40,878 bases of DNA from a virus. Each line of letters starts with the position of its first letter. Position 1 is the stretch's first letter. The stretch lies in the UHGV virus genome UHGV-0182401; one strand, 5' to 3'. Below, piece after piece: positions 28,935 to 38,657 of this stretch. The translations under genes were made by a program, and so were the position numbers. Below the pieces are notes generated by a model that saw only the letters and a list, made by a program, of their open reading frames with translations, was not told where the DNA came from and made no database searches.

Positions 28935-30134
28935 ATGGCTTTGAACCTCGACACGCTGGGGCTATCGGCAACGGTAACCGCCCAGGGGATTAGTGCGCCT
29001 GATTACCAGACAATCCTCGATACACTGACCAGCTATTTCAGGCAGATTTACGGTAGTGATGCCTACCTCGAACCAGACAGCAAAGATGGGCAAATGGTCG
29101 CGCTGGTGGCTCTGGCTGTGCATGATGCTAACAATACCGCTATCGAGATCTACAACTCGTTTTCACCGACGACAGCGCAGGCCGCAGCGCTTAGCAGCAA
29201 TGTGAAAATTAACGGGATCACGCGAAAAGTAGCGACAAACTCTACTGCTGACCTTCTGTTAACCGGTACGGCGGGCACGACTATCACGAATGGCTCCGCA
29301 CGGGATAAAAACGGCATTATCTGGAATTTTCCCGCGAGTGTAGCAATCGGGGTTGATGGTACTGTGCTGGTGACGGCCACATGTGCGAATAGCGGTTCGG
29401 TTGCGGCGATGGCCGGGACTATTACCACCATTAACACACCGACTCGCGGCTGGGTGTCGGTAACCAACCCTGCTGCGGCTATTGTCGGTTCACCAGCCGA
29501 AACCGACGCAGAGCTGCGCATTCGGCAGGGGCAAAGCGTCGCGCTACCATCGATCACACCGTTTGAAGGTGTCGACGGTGCAATAGCTAACGTTGCTGGC
29601 GTGACACGTCACAAGCTGTATGAGAACGACACGGGGGCAACCGACAGCAACGGGCTGCCGCCGCACTCAATTTCCGCCATCGTCGATGGTGGGGATGTTA
29701 CCGAAATAGCCCAGACCATCAGGGGGAATAAAGGGCAGGGAACGGCAACCTACGGGACAACTTCTGTCACGGTGCCGGATACTTACGGTAATCCTCACGT
29801 CATCAGTTTTTCACGCTCTACCGATGTGCCAATTTTCGTAGCCATTACCCTGAAAGTTTTTACCGGGTATACCTCTCAAATCGGCGAGCAGATCAAACAG
29901 GCTGTTGCCGACTATATTAACGGCCTGACAATTGGCGACGACGTTCTGCTGAGCCGTATTTATTCCCCGGCAAACCTTGGTGTTGTGAGCGGCGGTAATG
30001 CCCGATATTACGACATTCAGGAGCTGCTCATCGGCAAATCCTCTGACTCAGTCGCAAGCGGAAATATCGATATTGCTTATGACGAATCTGCGTCATGCGT
30101 TGCGAGTCACGTCACTATCACGGTGACCTCATGA
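28935..30134 (+). CDS. Baseplate protein (P2 gpJ-like)
   Basis: 399 aa, position and size. Confidence 0.65.
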   Translation: MALNLDTLGLSATVTAQGISAPDYQTILDTLTSYFRQIYGSDAYLEPDSKDGQMVALVALAVHDANNTAIEIYNSFSPTTAQAAALSSNVKINGITRKVATNSTADLLLTGTAGTTITNGSARDKNGIIWNFPASVAIGVDGTVLVTATCANSGSVAAMAGTITTINTPTRGWVSVTNPAAAIVGSPAETDAELRIRQGQSVALPSITPFEGVDGAIANVAGVTRHKLYENDTGATDSNGLPPHSISAIVDGGDVTEIAQTIRGNKGQGTATYGTTSVTVPDTYGNPHVISFSRSTDVPIFVAITLKVFTGYTSQIGEQIKQAVADYINGLTIGDDVLLSRIYSPANLGVVSGGNARYYDIQELLIGKSSDSVASGNIDIAYDESASCVASHVTITVTS

Positions 30135-30811
30135 GCAAATACACCGAACTGATCACTAACTACCATGCTACCAAGCCACTCTTTTTTGACCATATAGATC
30201 TGAGCACCCGCCCGCTGATTGATGTGTCCAGCACTATGTCAGGGCTTATAACAGCCTTCGATATCGATACTGCTGTCGGTGTACAGCTCGACATCCTCGG
30301 TCTGTGGATCGGACGCAGTCGCATAGTCAGCCAGCCAATTAGCGGAGTTTATTTCAGCTGGGACACTGACGGGCTTGGGTATGACCAGGGCATCTGGCAA
30401 GGGCCATATGATCCTGATTCTGGCTATACGACGCTAAGCGATGAGACGTACCGCATCATTCTGAAAGCGAAAATCGCTATCAACAACTGGGACGGTCGGA
30501 ACGACTCTCTGCCTCCCATCCTTGACGCTGCTACCGCAGGCTCAGGCCTGAGGATGCAGATCGTCGACAACCAGGACATGACGATTTCGGTCTGGGTTTT
30601 CCCTGAAACTGATATTTCTGATGTGTCTCTCGAACTGATCGCCGCTATCAAACAGGGCTATCTCACCGTTAAATCAGCTGGCGTATGGGCCGGTGATGTT
30701 GAAACGCCTTCGGTAGAAACACCGTCAGAAGGCTCTAAATTCTTTGGGTTTGATATGGATAACGAATACATCGGCGGGCTCGATGTTGGAGCATGGGGGA
30801 CTTTACTCTAA
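30131..30811 (+). CDS. Baseplate/tail protein (P2 gpI-like)
   Basis: ATGA overlap with the upstream gene. Confidence 0.6.
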   Translation: MSKYTELITNYHATKPLFFDHIDLSTRPLIDVSSTMSGLITAFDIDTAVGVQLDILGLWIGRSRIVSQPISGVYFSWDTDGLGYDQGIWQGPYDPDSGYTTLSDETYRIILKAKIAINNWDGRNDSLPPILDAATAGSGLRMQIVDNQDMTISVWVFPETDISDVSLELIAAIKQGYLTVKSAGVWAGDVETPSVETPSEGSKFFGFDMDNEYIGGLDVGAWGTLL

Positions 30812-31692
30812 TGGCAACAAATAACTTTAAAGCGTTCGCGCTTGATCCTAACGCTAACGTCATGTCACAGGCAGACTGGGAAGCGCTTCCGGCGCTGCTG
30901 TCTGGTTTTACTGCCGGGAAGGCCTCCAGTGCGCAGGTTAACAAGGCGTTGCGGCAGAGCAGTACCATGGCAGCTGTTATCGCGCAATTCATGGCTGATA
31001 AAACAGGACAGGATGTACTGGATAATGGTAACACCAGCCAATTAGAGGCGATATTTGCCAGTGCAATCCAGGGGCGTCTAATCAATGTCCGTGTGTTTAC
31101 ATCATCCGGGACTTACACGCCAACCAATGGAACAAAGTCGATTATCGTCGAAGTGCAAGGAGGAGGCGGAGGTGGTGGTAATGCCAAGGCCACTTCGTCC
31201 ACCACATATACATTGACCTCATCGGGAGGGGCTGGTGGGTATGCTAAATCCAGACTTACCAATCTTGCCGCCTCTTATTCTGTAACTGTAGGAGCAGGAG
31301 GCGCGGGAGGTGTTTCTGGAGGGCAGTCAGTTTTTGGCTCTATTACATGCGGAGGAGGAGGTGCTGGCAGCCAAATAGGCGGGTCTTATACAGCATCGAG
31401 CAGTGTAGTAACACTTGGCGCATCAGGAGGCGATGCTTCGGGTGGCAATATAGTTAATGTTCCTGGTTCGAGTGCCGATCCGTCACTTTTAATCGCTGGC
31501 GGGGCTGTGTCTGCTGTTGGTGGAAATTCAGTCATCGGTACTGGTGGGAAAGGTGCCGGTTCTTCTTCTGCTACCGGACTTCCTGGAACACTAGGCGGCG
31601 GTGGTGGTGGTGCTAATGCCGCTGGAAATACTACGTTAATTGCTGGCGGTAAAGGCGGTGACGGTATTGTTATAATTTGGGAGTTTGCATGA
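30811..31692 (+). CDS. Tail fibre protein with glycine-rich repeats
   Basis: Long Gly/Ser/Ala-rich repeat tracts (GGGGGGNAK..., TLGGGGGGANAAG...). Confidence 0.65.
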   Translation: MATNNFKAFALDPNANVMSQADWEALPALLSGFTAGKASSAQVNKALRQSSTMAAVIAQFMADKTGQDVLDNGNTSQLEAIFASAIQGRLINVRVFTSSGTYTPTNGTKSIIVEVQGGGGGGGNAKATSSTTYTLTSSGGAGGYAKSRLTNLAASYSVTVGAGGAGGVSGGQSVFGSITCGGGGAGSQIGGSYTASSSVVTLGASGGDASGGNIVNVPGSSADPSLLIAGGAVSAVGGNSVIGTGGKGAGSSSATGLPGTLGGGGGGANAAGNTTLIAGGKGGDGIVIIWEFA

Positions 31693-32087
31693 TGGCTATT
31701 TACGCATTAGTTAAAGACGGCGTTGTAGAAAACACAGTCATCTGGGATGGGGGAGGTGATTTGTTTCCTGACTACCAGGCGGTTGAACTGAACGAAAATG
31801 AAACCGCTGGTCCGGGATGGACTTATGACGGAACTGAGTTCTATCCTCCAGTTGAACCGGAAAAGAGCCATGAAGAGTTGGTGGTTGAGGCTGAGCAGCA
31901 GAAAGAAGCTTTATTGTCAGAGGCGCAGACAACGATAAGCCTTTGGCAAACTGAACTGCAACTTGGCATCATCAGCGACGAAGATAAGGCAAGTCTGATC
32001 GCGTGGGTTCAGTACATCAAAGCCCTTAAGGCGGTCGACACGTCGAAAGCTCCGGATATCACCTGGCCTGTGCCACCAGCGACTTAA
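31689..32087 (+). CDS. Tail fibre assembly chaperone
   Basis: Small gene immediately after the fibre gene with ATGA overlap. Confidence 0.6.
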   Translation: MMAIYALVKDGVVENTVIWDGGGDLFPDYQAVELNENETAGPGWTYDGTEFYPPVEPEKSHEELVVEAEQQKEALLSEAQTTISLWQTELQLGIISDEDKASLIAWVQYIKALKAVDTSKAPDITWPVPPAT

Positions 32088-32225
32088 TTTCATTTTGGCG
32101 ATGTGCCATATTTGTGTCATACGTGGTAAATCGCCTTTCACTATCTTGCGTCATGTGCCATTGAGTTATGCAATGTGAATGCGGCAATGTACATGTAAAA
32201 CAGTTAGTTAAAAGTGATTCTACTA

Positions 32226-32271
32226 ATTCGTAATGCGAAGGTCGTAGGTTCGACTCCTATTATCGGCACCA
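32226..32271 (+). other. Phage attachment core: 3-prime 46 nt of tRNA-Thr (thrW-like), anticodon loop to CCA
   Basis: ATTCGTAATGCGAAGGTCGTAGGTTCGACTCCTATTATCGGCACCA matches the remembered 3-prime part of E. coli thrW; 14 nt from the integrase stop. Confidence 0.7.
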
Positions 32272-32285
32272 CTAACCACGCGGGT

Positions 32286-33449
32286 TCACGCGATATTCAC
32301 CAGTTCAGCAAAAGCGCCTTGTGCCATATTTGTGCCATTCCCCGCCAGAAATGAGTCGATTTGCATGGCATGCTGCGTCAGGTGATTCGGTGCCAGATGG
32401 GCATAACGCTGTACCATCTCGATACTTTCCCACCCGCCCATTTCCTGTAGCGCACTGAGTGGCACGCCGGACTGTACAAGCCAGCTTGCCCAGGTGTGCC
32501 GCAGGTCATGGAAGCGGAAATTTTCTATTCCCGCCCGCCTTAACGCTGCTCGCCATGCCGTGTTAGCATCAGACCGCATTTTGCGCACTGCCTTTGTTCT
32601 CGTTCCATCCGGGCGAACGGATGATTCAGTGTGAACAAAGACCCACCGGTTATGTTTCCCCAGCTGCTCCCGCAGCACCTTACAGGCCGATTCGTTCAGG
32701 GCGACCCCAATCGCCCTTCCTGCTTTCGCGTCCTCGGGGTGAATCCACGCGACCTTCCTCTGCATATCAATTTGTGACCACTCCAGATCGGTGATGTTCG
32801 ACCTGCGCAGCCCCGTCGCCAGTGCAAAAATAACAACTGGCTTCATATGCTCGGGAAGTTCCCGGATCAGGTTCGCCGCTTCCTCTTTGGTTAGCCAGCG
32901 AATACGCTTATTTTTCGGCACCGGGCATTTGATGTTCGGCGCCTTGGCTATCCATCGCCATTCGTTGGCCGCACATCGTAACAGCGCCCGGATGAAAGCA
33001 AGGTGCGTCGCCTTCGTCGCCAGCGACGCTGGTTTATCCTTAAATTCAGGAACCGGCTTACCTCTTCGCAGCAGGCTGTCCCGTTTCGCCTCCCAGTTCA
33101 TTCGATGTTTGCGATTAACCATCGAACTCACCGCCGACAAGATCCTGTCTTCCGTGATTGCTGACAGGTCCATTCCTTTGAAGTGCATTCTCCAGAATCC
33201 GATCCGGCTTTTGTCATCGTCCAGGCTTTTCTTGTGCTGCTTTTCGTTAAGCCAGCGAACGCACGCTTCATCGAACGTTCTCGGCTTAAACTCACCCATC
33301 TTATCAACTCGCCATGCTTCAGCTTTCAGCTGATCATAGAGCTCCTGCGCTTGCCTTTTGTCCGTTGTCCCAAGAGACCGTCTAATTCGACTTCCACCAG
33401 GCGTAACGAAGTCGCAGTGCCACGTACCGGCACGTTGTTTGATTGACAT
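32286..33449 (-). CDS. int: Tyrosine integrase
   Basis: 387 aa; N-terminus resembles remembered P22 Int; C-terminal HDLRHTWAS...Y catalytic region. Confidence 0.9.
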   Translation of the reverse strand: MSIKQRAGTWHCDFVTPGGSRIRRSLGTTDKRQAQELYDQLKAEAWRVDKMGEFKPRTFDEACVRWLNEKQHKKSLDDDKSRIGFWRMHFKGMDLSAITEDRILSAVSSMVNRKHRMNWEAKRDSLLRRGKPVPEFKDKPASLATKATHLAFIRALLRCAANEWRWIAKAPNIKCPVPKNKRIRWLTKEEAANLIRELPEHMKPVVIFALATGLRRSNITDLEWSQIDMQRKVAWIHPEDAKAGRAIGVALNESACKVLREQLGKHNRWVFVHTESSVRPDGTRTKAVRKMRSDANTAWRAALRRAGIENFRFHDLRHTWASWLVQSGVPLSALQEMGGWESIEMVQRYAHLAPNHLTQHAMQIDSFLAGNGTNMAQGAFAELVNIA

Positions 33450-33673
33450 GCTTTAACCTCCTGCACATCAACCGCATTCACCGCGCTATTGTGTCTCACA
33501 GACTTAAGCGCCGCAATGCAGTCTGACTTGCAAATGCGATATGGGCTTTTAGGTTTATCTGGATTTATCTTTGCGGCCTGAAGTCGTCCACTTCGTATCC
33601 ACTGCGTGATAGTGCCTTTGTCTACCTTCAGATACGATGCTGCCTCTTCACGAGTGAAGATTTCTTCTTCCAC
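33326..33673 (-). CDS. xis: Excisionase-like helix-turn-helix protein
   Basis: [22 protein letters not shown] helix-turn-helix; directly upstream of and overlapping int. Confidence 0.55.
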   Translation of the reverse strand: MEEEIFTREEAASYLKVDKGTITQWIRSGRLQAAKINPDKPKSPYRICKSDCIAALKSVRHNSAVNAVDVQEVKACQSNNVPVRGTATSLRLVEVELDGLLGQRTKGKRRSSMIS

Positions 33674-33760
33674 TTGGAATCTCCATTTATTGAGTTGGTA
33701 TTATTGCGGTAGGTCTGGATATCTTGAGAAATGAACAGGCCTCATCGAGTGTGAGGCGGG

Positions 33761-34105
33761 TTAGTCCTTGCGTAGCTCGCTAATTCTTCTGTAAGTCTCT
33801 GGTGCTTTGTTTCCGTGTATCTTCATTTCAGACTTCAACAGAGCAACGAGGGAATCCCATTCGTTGAGGATGCCTTTGAATGCCGGAACGCGCTTTGCAA
33901 CCTTGTTGAATGAATCTCTGATTTCTGGAATCTGCTCAACAAGTGCAACGCATCGCCGAAAGTCTGCTGCGTCATGGGGAGCACCGAAGTAATGACCATA
34001 GATATTCTTTTTCAGTCCACATGCGATTGAGGCAAGAGTTGCGCTACTGATGCCAACATCGCCAGTCGATTGCCATTTCAAAACCTTCATAGCCAAATCT
34101 GACAT
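33761..34105 (-). CDS. Hypothetical protein (114 aa)
   Basis: Start placed at the internal ATG (MSDLAMK) because the track start codon lies inside a terminator hairpin; GGAGACAAG upstream. Confidence 0.5.
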   Translation of the reverse strand: MSDLAMKVLKWQSTGDVGISSATLASIACGLKKNIYGHYFGAPHDAADFRRCVALVEQIPEIRDSFNKVAKRVPAFKGILNEWDSLVALLKSEMKIHGNKAPETYRRISELRKD

Positions 34106-34116
34106 TTCTTGTCTCC

Positions 34117-34140
34117 AATAAAAAACCGCCATCAGGCGGC
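34117..34140 (-). terminator. Intrinsic terminator within the leftward early operon
   Basis: CCGCC-loop-GGCGG hairpin followed by TTTTTTATT on the minus strand, directly upstream of the next start codon. Confidence 0.5.
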
Positions 34141-34205
34141 TTGGTGTTCTTTCAGTTATTCAATTCGAATATTGGTTACATTGTTTTCATATATGAATAA
34201 ATAAA

Positions 34206-34385
34206 TTAGCTTTTTTCGTTGCCTTCGCTTTCTTTATTAATTTTAACAAACTCGTTTTTACCACGCTCTCCAAATGCGTCTTTAGAGTCGTTGTATCCGC
34301 AATCGCAGCACACATAATCTCCAGACCATCCACGCATTGTTTTTTCTTTTGCAATATTTCCAGAACCGCATTTTGGACAAGACAT
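34206..34385 (-). CDS. Small zinc-ribbon protein (59 aa)
   Basis: CPKCGSG...CCDCGYND, two CxxC pairs; GGAGG ribosome-binding site. Confidence 0.5.
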   Translation of the reverse strand: MSCPKCGSGNIAKEKTMRGWSGDYVCCDCGYNDSKDAFGERGKNEFVKINKESEGNEKS

Positions 34386-34481
34386 ATCACTACCTCCAAA
34401 GCATGAGTGAGATGACAACGTAACATTGATTGGAGATTAACAATAGATTGCTGATGTAAAAGATATGTATAAGCTTCGCTT

Positions 34482-35048
34482 TCAAAGTGGAGGCTCTGGT
34501 AGCGGCATCCAGTGAGTTACGTCATCCAAGATATTTCCTGATAAATACGTGAAAGCTCTATATTTTTTGTAATCAATTGGATTTACAACCCAGTTCCAAT
34601 ATGCGGCCACGATTTCACCTTGACTAAATGCCAGTAACATTTTGGTTTCTTCCGGCATTCGCTCACTACAGCTTATCCAACCATCCGGAGTTACCGGAGA
34701 GTTGCCCGATAGCTCGTTCAACTTGTAAGTTTGGCTTACGAGTTCGGCTTCCAGTTCTGCTATGCGCTTTTTTGCTGCTTCCAGCTCGCCAAGCAGCGCC
34801 AAGACGGTAGCCGGATTGGCTGCAGCGATGAATTCAGCATTGGCCTGCTGTTCCATTTGGAAATCTTCATCGAAACCGCTTTCAGGATGCGCTCCTTCAA
34901 TTCTGCAAATGGGAAGATATCCAACAACGTCACGATGAATTAGCGCATCATCACAATCAAATCGGCTCTCTCCATATTCGAGCGACCACACCCCACACGT
35001 TGCTTTCTCTGCCGCTTCACGCAGTGCCTGATAGTCAATCTTGCTCAT
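34482..35048 (-). CDS. Ead/Ea22-like protein with C-terminal DUF551-like region
   Basis: 188 aa; C-terminal WISCSERMPEE...THWMPLPEPP resembles DUF551. Confidence 0.55.
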   Translation of the reverse strand: MSKIDYQALREAAEKATCGVWSLEYGESRFDCDDALIHRDVVGYLPICRIEGAHPESGFDEDFQMEQQANAEFIAAANPATVLALLGELEAAKKRIAELEAELVSQTYKLNELSGNSPVTPDGWISCSERMPEETKMLLAFSQGEIVAAYWNWVVNPIDYKKYRAFTYLSGNILDDVTHWMPLPEPPL

Positions 35049-35049
35049 G

Positions 35050-35349
35050 TCACATCACCCTGAATCCGTTGCATTTACGTAAGAAATCGCAGATATAGCC
35101 CTTCATTTTTTCATGCCAATCTCGATCATTCCCATTGCACCACCCATCAGGTGGAGTCCAGTTTTCTATCAGAGCAGCCATTTTCTTTGCTTTCGCCGGA
35201 GTAGCTGTTGCGGTATCGCAGTAATGACGAGTGTCAACAAACTTATCCATGCCATCGATATCAAGTACGCAAAACCATGTGTGATTCGGAATTCCTACAG
35301 GTGGTATTTGTTGCCCACGTCGGCGTTTATCAATGAGATATACACTCAC
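35050..35349 (-). CDS. Hypothetical protein (99 aa)
   Basis: Translationally coupled to its neighbours on both sides. Confidence 0.45.
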   Translation of the reverse strand: MSVYLIDKRRRGQQIPPVGIPNHTWFCVLDIDGMDKFVDTRHYCDTATATPAKAKKMAALIENWTPPDGWCNGNDRDWHEKMKGYICDFLRKCNGFRVM

Positions 35350-35795
35350 TGGTTACCTCCTTTGCGAAGCTCTGCGGCGAACTCGTTAAGTGATATGTAG
35401 CAATCTCCAAATGTTAACGAACCGCTCGACTGCATATGCTCCATAGCCATCTCCACGCCCTGCGCCCGTACTTCAGCCAGGAAAGCATCGGTGGCTGGGG
35501 TTTCAGTAACATCATCTTCCCATTCGCTAAACTCCTCACGACAAAAGTCATTAAATTCCTTCTCAGATTGCTTAAGCGAGGTATTTTCAGCAGCCATCTT
35601 CGCGCATTTAGCCTCAAGGTTATCAATCGTGATTCCAGCAGAACGACACTCCCGCAACGCCGTTTCTAGTTTTGATTCAAGTTCACCGAACTTACGCACC
35701 AGATATTCAGCGTTTGTTTCGTTAACCTTTAAATCTCGGGGGATGCATTTACCTTTCAGAAAACCATCCATCTCAATTAGTGACATTTGTTTCAT
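35346..35795 (-). CDS. Hypothetical protein (about 149 aa)
   Basis: Start chosen at the ATG after GGAG; the track start is a GTG 18 nt upstream. Confidence 0.45.
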   Translation of the reverse strand: MKQMSLIEMDGFLKGKCIPRDLKVNETNAEYLVRKFGELESKLETALRECRSAGITIDNLEAKCAKMAAENTSLKQSEKEFNDFCREEFSEWEDDVTETPATDAFLAEVRAQGVEMAMEHMQSSGSLTFGDCYISLNEFAAELRKGGNQ

Positions 35796-35951
35796 TTCTT
35801 CCCACTCCGCCACATTGCATTCAGATATTTGTTGTCATTAACAGAACCGAAATATTTCTCTTAAGCAATTCCTCTCTCGATGGCATTGGCTTTACGCGTT
35901 GGCGAATAATCATTTCTGCCGGAAGAATGCCGGGATTGTATGCAAGTCCTC

Positions 35952-36242
35952 TCATGATTTACTCTCCACGAACTGGTCAACGGCCATGCTAAGTGACACA
36001 CCTAAAGTATCGATATGCTGCTGAATATCCTGTAGCGTCCGCGCTTGAGATAACAGAATTTCACGGTTGCATAACTCTTTAACCAGATGCTCAAACTTGC
36101 TGTAATAACCGATACGGCTTAGTGTTTCTTTCCCTGCATTCTCACCTTCTTTGATAATTCCTCTTTCGCTAAGAATCAGGTCGTGTTTGGTTCCGGTAAT
36201 AACGTATTTGCCGAGGTCGATGTTTAGCTTCATTGTTTTCAT
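35952..36242 (-). CDS. Hypothetical protein (97 aa)
   Basis: Start at ATG ([10 protein letters not shown]) after GAGGA; the track ORF extends upstream from a TTG into the preceding gene. Confidence 0.45.
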   Translation of the reverse strand: MKTMKLNIDLGKYVITGTKHDLILSERGIIKEGENAGKETLSRIGYYSKFEHLVKELCNREILLSQARTLQDIQQHIDTLGVSLSMAVDQFVESKS

Positions 36243-36252
36243 TGTTAATTCC

Positions 36253-36549
36253 TCAGTCATTACTGATAGCGCCATAGCGTGAGCGGTAATTACGCAGGCG
36301 CGGGTCGATATATTCAGGGAAGTGGGTATATGTGGCTTTGCGGAATGGTCGGATTGATGTCTGGTAAATTCGCTCTCGTTCTTCTTTCTCTGCAAGCCAT
36401 ATACAGTGGCGAAATTCCTTTTCTTCTTTCGTTTCCTGCGGTAGCGACATTATCCGGTCGTAGTTTTTCCTGAATTTATCCAGCACCTCCGATACGGAAT
36501 TGCCGGAACAGCGGCGCGCGTCGTCCGCACCATACAGAGGCGCTGGCAT
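36253..36549 (-). CDS. Hypothetical protein (98 aa)
   Basis: ORF with ATG start; first gene after ssb in the leftward operon. Confidence 0.45.
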   Translation of the reverse strand: MPAPLYGADDARRCSGNSVSEVLDKFRKNYDRIMSLPQETKEEKEFRHCIWLAEKEERERIYQTSIRPFRKATYTHFPEYIDPRLRNYRSRYGAISND

Positions 36550-36562
36550 GATTTTCTCCTGA

Positions 36563-37078
36563 TTAAATTGCGTGAATAGCGTGACGAGGGAAGGGGAGGG
36601 TTACTGGCGCAAAAGGTATATCGTCGTCAAACTCCATAGGTGGTTCGCTGTGATTTACCTGCTTCTGAGGCTGCTGTTTTTGTTGCTGACCGTTATTTCG
36701 CTGAGGTGAAGACTGTTCATTGCTTCCTTGCTTGCCACCAAGCATTTGCATGGTTCCACCAACGCCCACGATAACTTCGGTAGTGAACCGATCCTGTCCG
36801 CTTTGATCCTGCCATTTTCTTGTCCGCAATTTTCCTTCAAGATAAACCTCAGAGCCTTTTCGCAGATATTCGCTGGCAATTTCTGCCAGTTTCCCGCTCA
36901 TTACCACACGGTGCCACTCCGTCTGCTCCTTTTGCTCTCCAGTTTGCTTATCACGCCATTGTTCTGACGTAGCAACTATAAGGTTTGCAAATGCCGTTCC
37001 TGATGGTGAATATCTGATTTCTGGATCATGCCCAAGGCGACCAATAATGATCACCTTATTTACGCCTCTACTTCCCAT
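36563..37078 (-). CDS. ssb: Single-stranded DNA-binding protein, with a 15-aa extension beyond the canonical DDDIPF tail
   Basis: OB-fold N-terminus typical of SSB and acidic [11 protein letters not shown] near the C-terminus, followed in frame by [15 protein letters not shown] before the stop. Confidence 0.85.
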   Translation of the reverse strand: MGSRGVNKVIIIGRLGHDPEIRYSPSGTAFANLIVATSEQWRDKQTGEQKEQTEWHRVVMSGKLAEIASEYLRKGSEVYLEGKLRTRKWQDQSGQDRFTTEVIVGVGGTMQMLGGKQGSNEQSSPQRNNGQQQKQQPQKQVNHSEPPMEFDDDIPFAPVTLPFPRHAIHAI

Positions 37079-37786
37079 TTATGCCGCCTGTTTTAGTTCG
37101 TTAACTCTGATGTTCATTACCTGAACGCATTTAGCCTGCGCATCCTCATTGCCAGCCATTAATTGCCAGTCATGCTGATAACGTTCTATGAGTTTTTTCT
37201 TGTCAGTTTCTGTTGATGCATAATCGCTGAAGTCTTTCAGGATTTGTTCGCAGTCAACCGATGGAGATTTCTGGTTGGTATTTTCTGGTGATGGTTTGTT
37301 ATCTGATGCTGGGATTGCCCAGCCCGGCAGCGATGGAGGGAGCCAGTAAAATCCTGTTCCATCCTTCAGTTTTGCCCTGTGCCACCCCTGTTTTTTATCG
37401 GGAGATGTTTGTGCGAAACCTTCCTCAAGGTTATACAGATACCGACCGATTCCCCACTGAACGGCAGCGCGCTTCATTGCACCGGAACGACCACCTTTGA
37501 CGGCTTCTACCTGCGTGTTTTCAGCAGCATCCCATTTGGTTACCCATTCGGAATCAATCTTTATTGATATGCCGCATTCAACGCCGCCGTTGTTGGGAAT
37601 ATCGCGGTATTCATTGCGCCATCCTGCTTTGCCACAAACATCGTCAAGGCGTTTCATGATTGCCCGGTTCGTAACATAAGCCAGCACCATAGCCCACACC
37701 TTGCCATCGCGTGTTTTACCGCTTTGCTGTATTCGCCATTCGATATCTTCAGGGCAGAATGGCTCATCGAATTTGTTCAAATCCAT
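37079..37786 (-). CDS. Single-strand annealing recombinase (Rad52/Sak-like)
   Basis: GAMKRAAVQWGIGRYLY motif typical of Rad52-like annealing proteins; paired with ssb. Confidence 0.65.
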   Translation of the reverse strand: MDLNKFDEPFCPEDIEWRIQQSGKTRDGKVWAMVLAYVTNRAIMKRLDDVCGKAGWRNEYRDIPNNGGVECGISIKIDSEWVTKWDAAENTQVEAVKGGRSGAMKRAAVQWGIGRYLYNLEEGFAQTSPDKKQGWHRAKLKDGTGFYWLPPSLPGWAIPASDNKPSPENTNQKSPSVDCEQILKDFSDYASTETDKKKLIERYQHDWQLMAGNEDAQAKCVQVMNIRVNELKQAA

Positions 37787-37873
37787 AATTCACCTCAGAA
37801 TGGACATGGCCCAAGGAAATAACGCTGGTTTAATACTTCGACTCGGGACAAATTAAGGCATACCCGCATTCCT

Positions 37874-38044
37874 TCGCGGTCACCATTATGGCGATACCAG
37901 AGAGCTTTCTGCGTGTACATGCGTCTCTGTAACTTGCTCTCCTTCACTGTGGTTGCAAGTGACATGAATATCTCCTTCGTTACCGATTAATTCTTTCATC
38001 TGACGAATGAATTCTTCGTCTGACCAGTTATCTGTAAAACTCAT
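37874..38044 (-). CDS. Small hypothetical protein (56 aa), coupled to the kil-like gene
   Basis: ATGA overlap with the kil-like stop. An alternative 58-aa ORF in another frame with an AAGGAG site overlaps it, so the frame choice is uncertain. Confidence 0.3.
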
Positions 38045-38193
38045 TTCCTGCGATACCACGGAATGTTGATCGCTGATTTCATCGCTTTATTTGCTTCAAG
38101 CCACATTTTGGAATCACCAATAAATCTGGCTATTACTGCTTTGTTCTGTGCAGCACGAAGCATCTGGTGATTGATGGCTATTTCATTGCGCAT
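38041..38193 (-). CDS. kil: Kil-like small protein (50 aa)
   Basis: GGAGG ribosome-binding site; FIGDSKMW resembles my (uncertain) recollection of lambda Kil; position between cIII-like gene and the recombination genes matches lambda order. Confidence 0.45.
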   Translation of the reverse strand: MRNEIAINHQMLRAAQNKAVIARFIGDSKMWLEANKAMKSAINIPWYRRK

Positions 38194-38312
38194 AACGCCT
38201 CCAGTTGTTTCTTTGCTGCTCTGATTAATTGTTTAACTCGGCGTGATAATTCAGATTCGTGCGGGTAGAAAGCGGACATGACGCCGCTACCCGCGAGCTG
38301 AAAGTGCATCAT
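38178..38312 (-). CDS. cIII: CIII-like small protein (44 aa)
   Basis: AAGGAG site; ESELSRRVKQLIRAAKKQL resembles the lambda CIII central helix. Below the ORF-track cutoff. Confidence 0.5.
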   Translation of the reverse strand: MMHFQLAGSGVMSAFYPHESELSRRVKQLIRAAKKQLEALCAMK

Positions 38313-38395
38313 GGGTAACTCCTTATATTTGATTGCATAACGAAAACGCCTCGAGTGAAGCGTTATTGGTATGCGGTAAAGCCGCGCTCAGGCGG

Positions 38396-38644
38396 CTACT
38401 CTATTTCTTCTTCGAATGATTTTATTAGTCGGTCAATAACATCATCCGTTTCAATATCATTTCCGTCTGATTGCTTTAATACATCTATTGATTCTGCAGC
38501 GGTAAATTCCATCGCTGTGAGAAACTCGACAATTGCACACTCAACGACATATCGTTCTTCATCTGTACGACATGAGATAAAAGAGCATTTAATTGCTGTT
38601 ATTACTTTTTGTTTAAGCTCTGCAGGGTAATCAGTTTTTATCAT
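38396..38644 (-). CDS. Small acidic hypothetical protein (82 aa)
   Basis: ORF with GGAG site, preceded by a terminator hairpin. Confidence 0.45.
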   Translation of the reverse strand: MIKTDYPAELKQKVITAIKCSFISCRTDEERYVVECAIVEFLTAMEFTAAESIDVLKQSDGNDIETDDVIDRLIKSFEEEIE

Positions 38645-38657
38645 CGTTTACTCCGTC

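Noticed and set aside
31200-31650. Glycine-rich repetitive DNA in the tail fibre gene as a possible variable or diversity-generating region
   Set aside because: No reverse transcriptase or template repeat is present in the window; Gly/Ser-rich repeats are a normal feature of tail fibre shafts.
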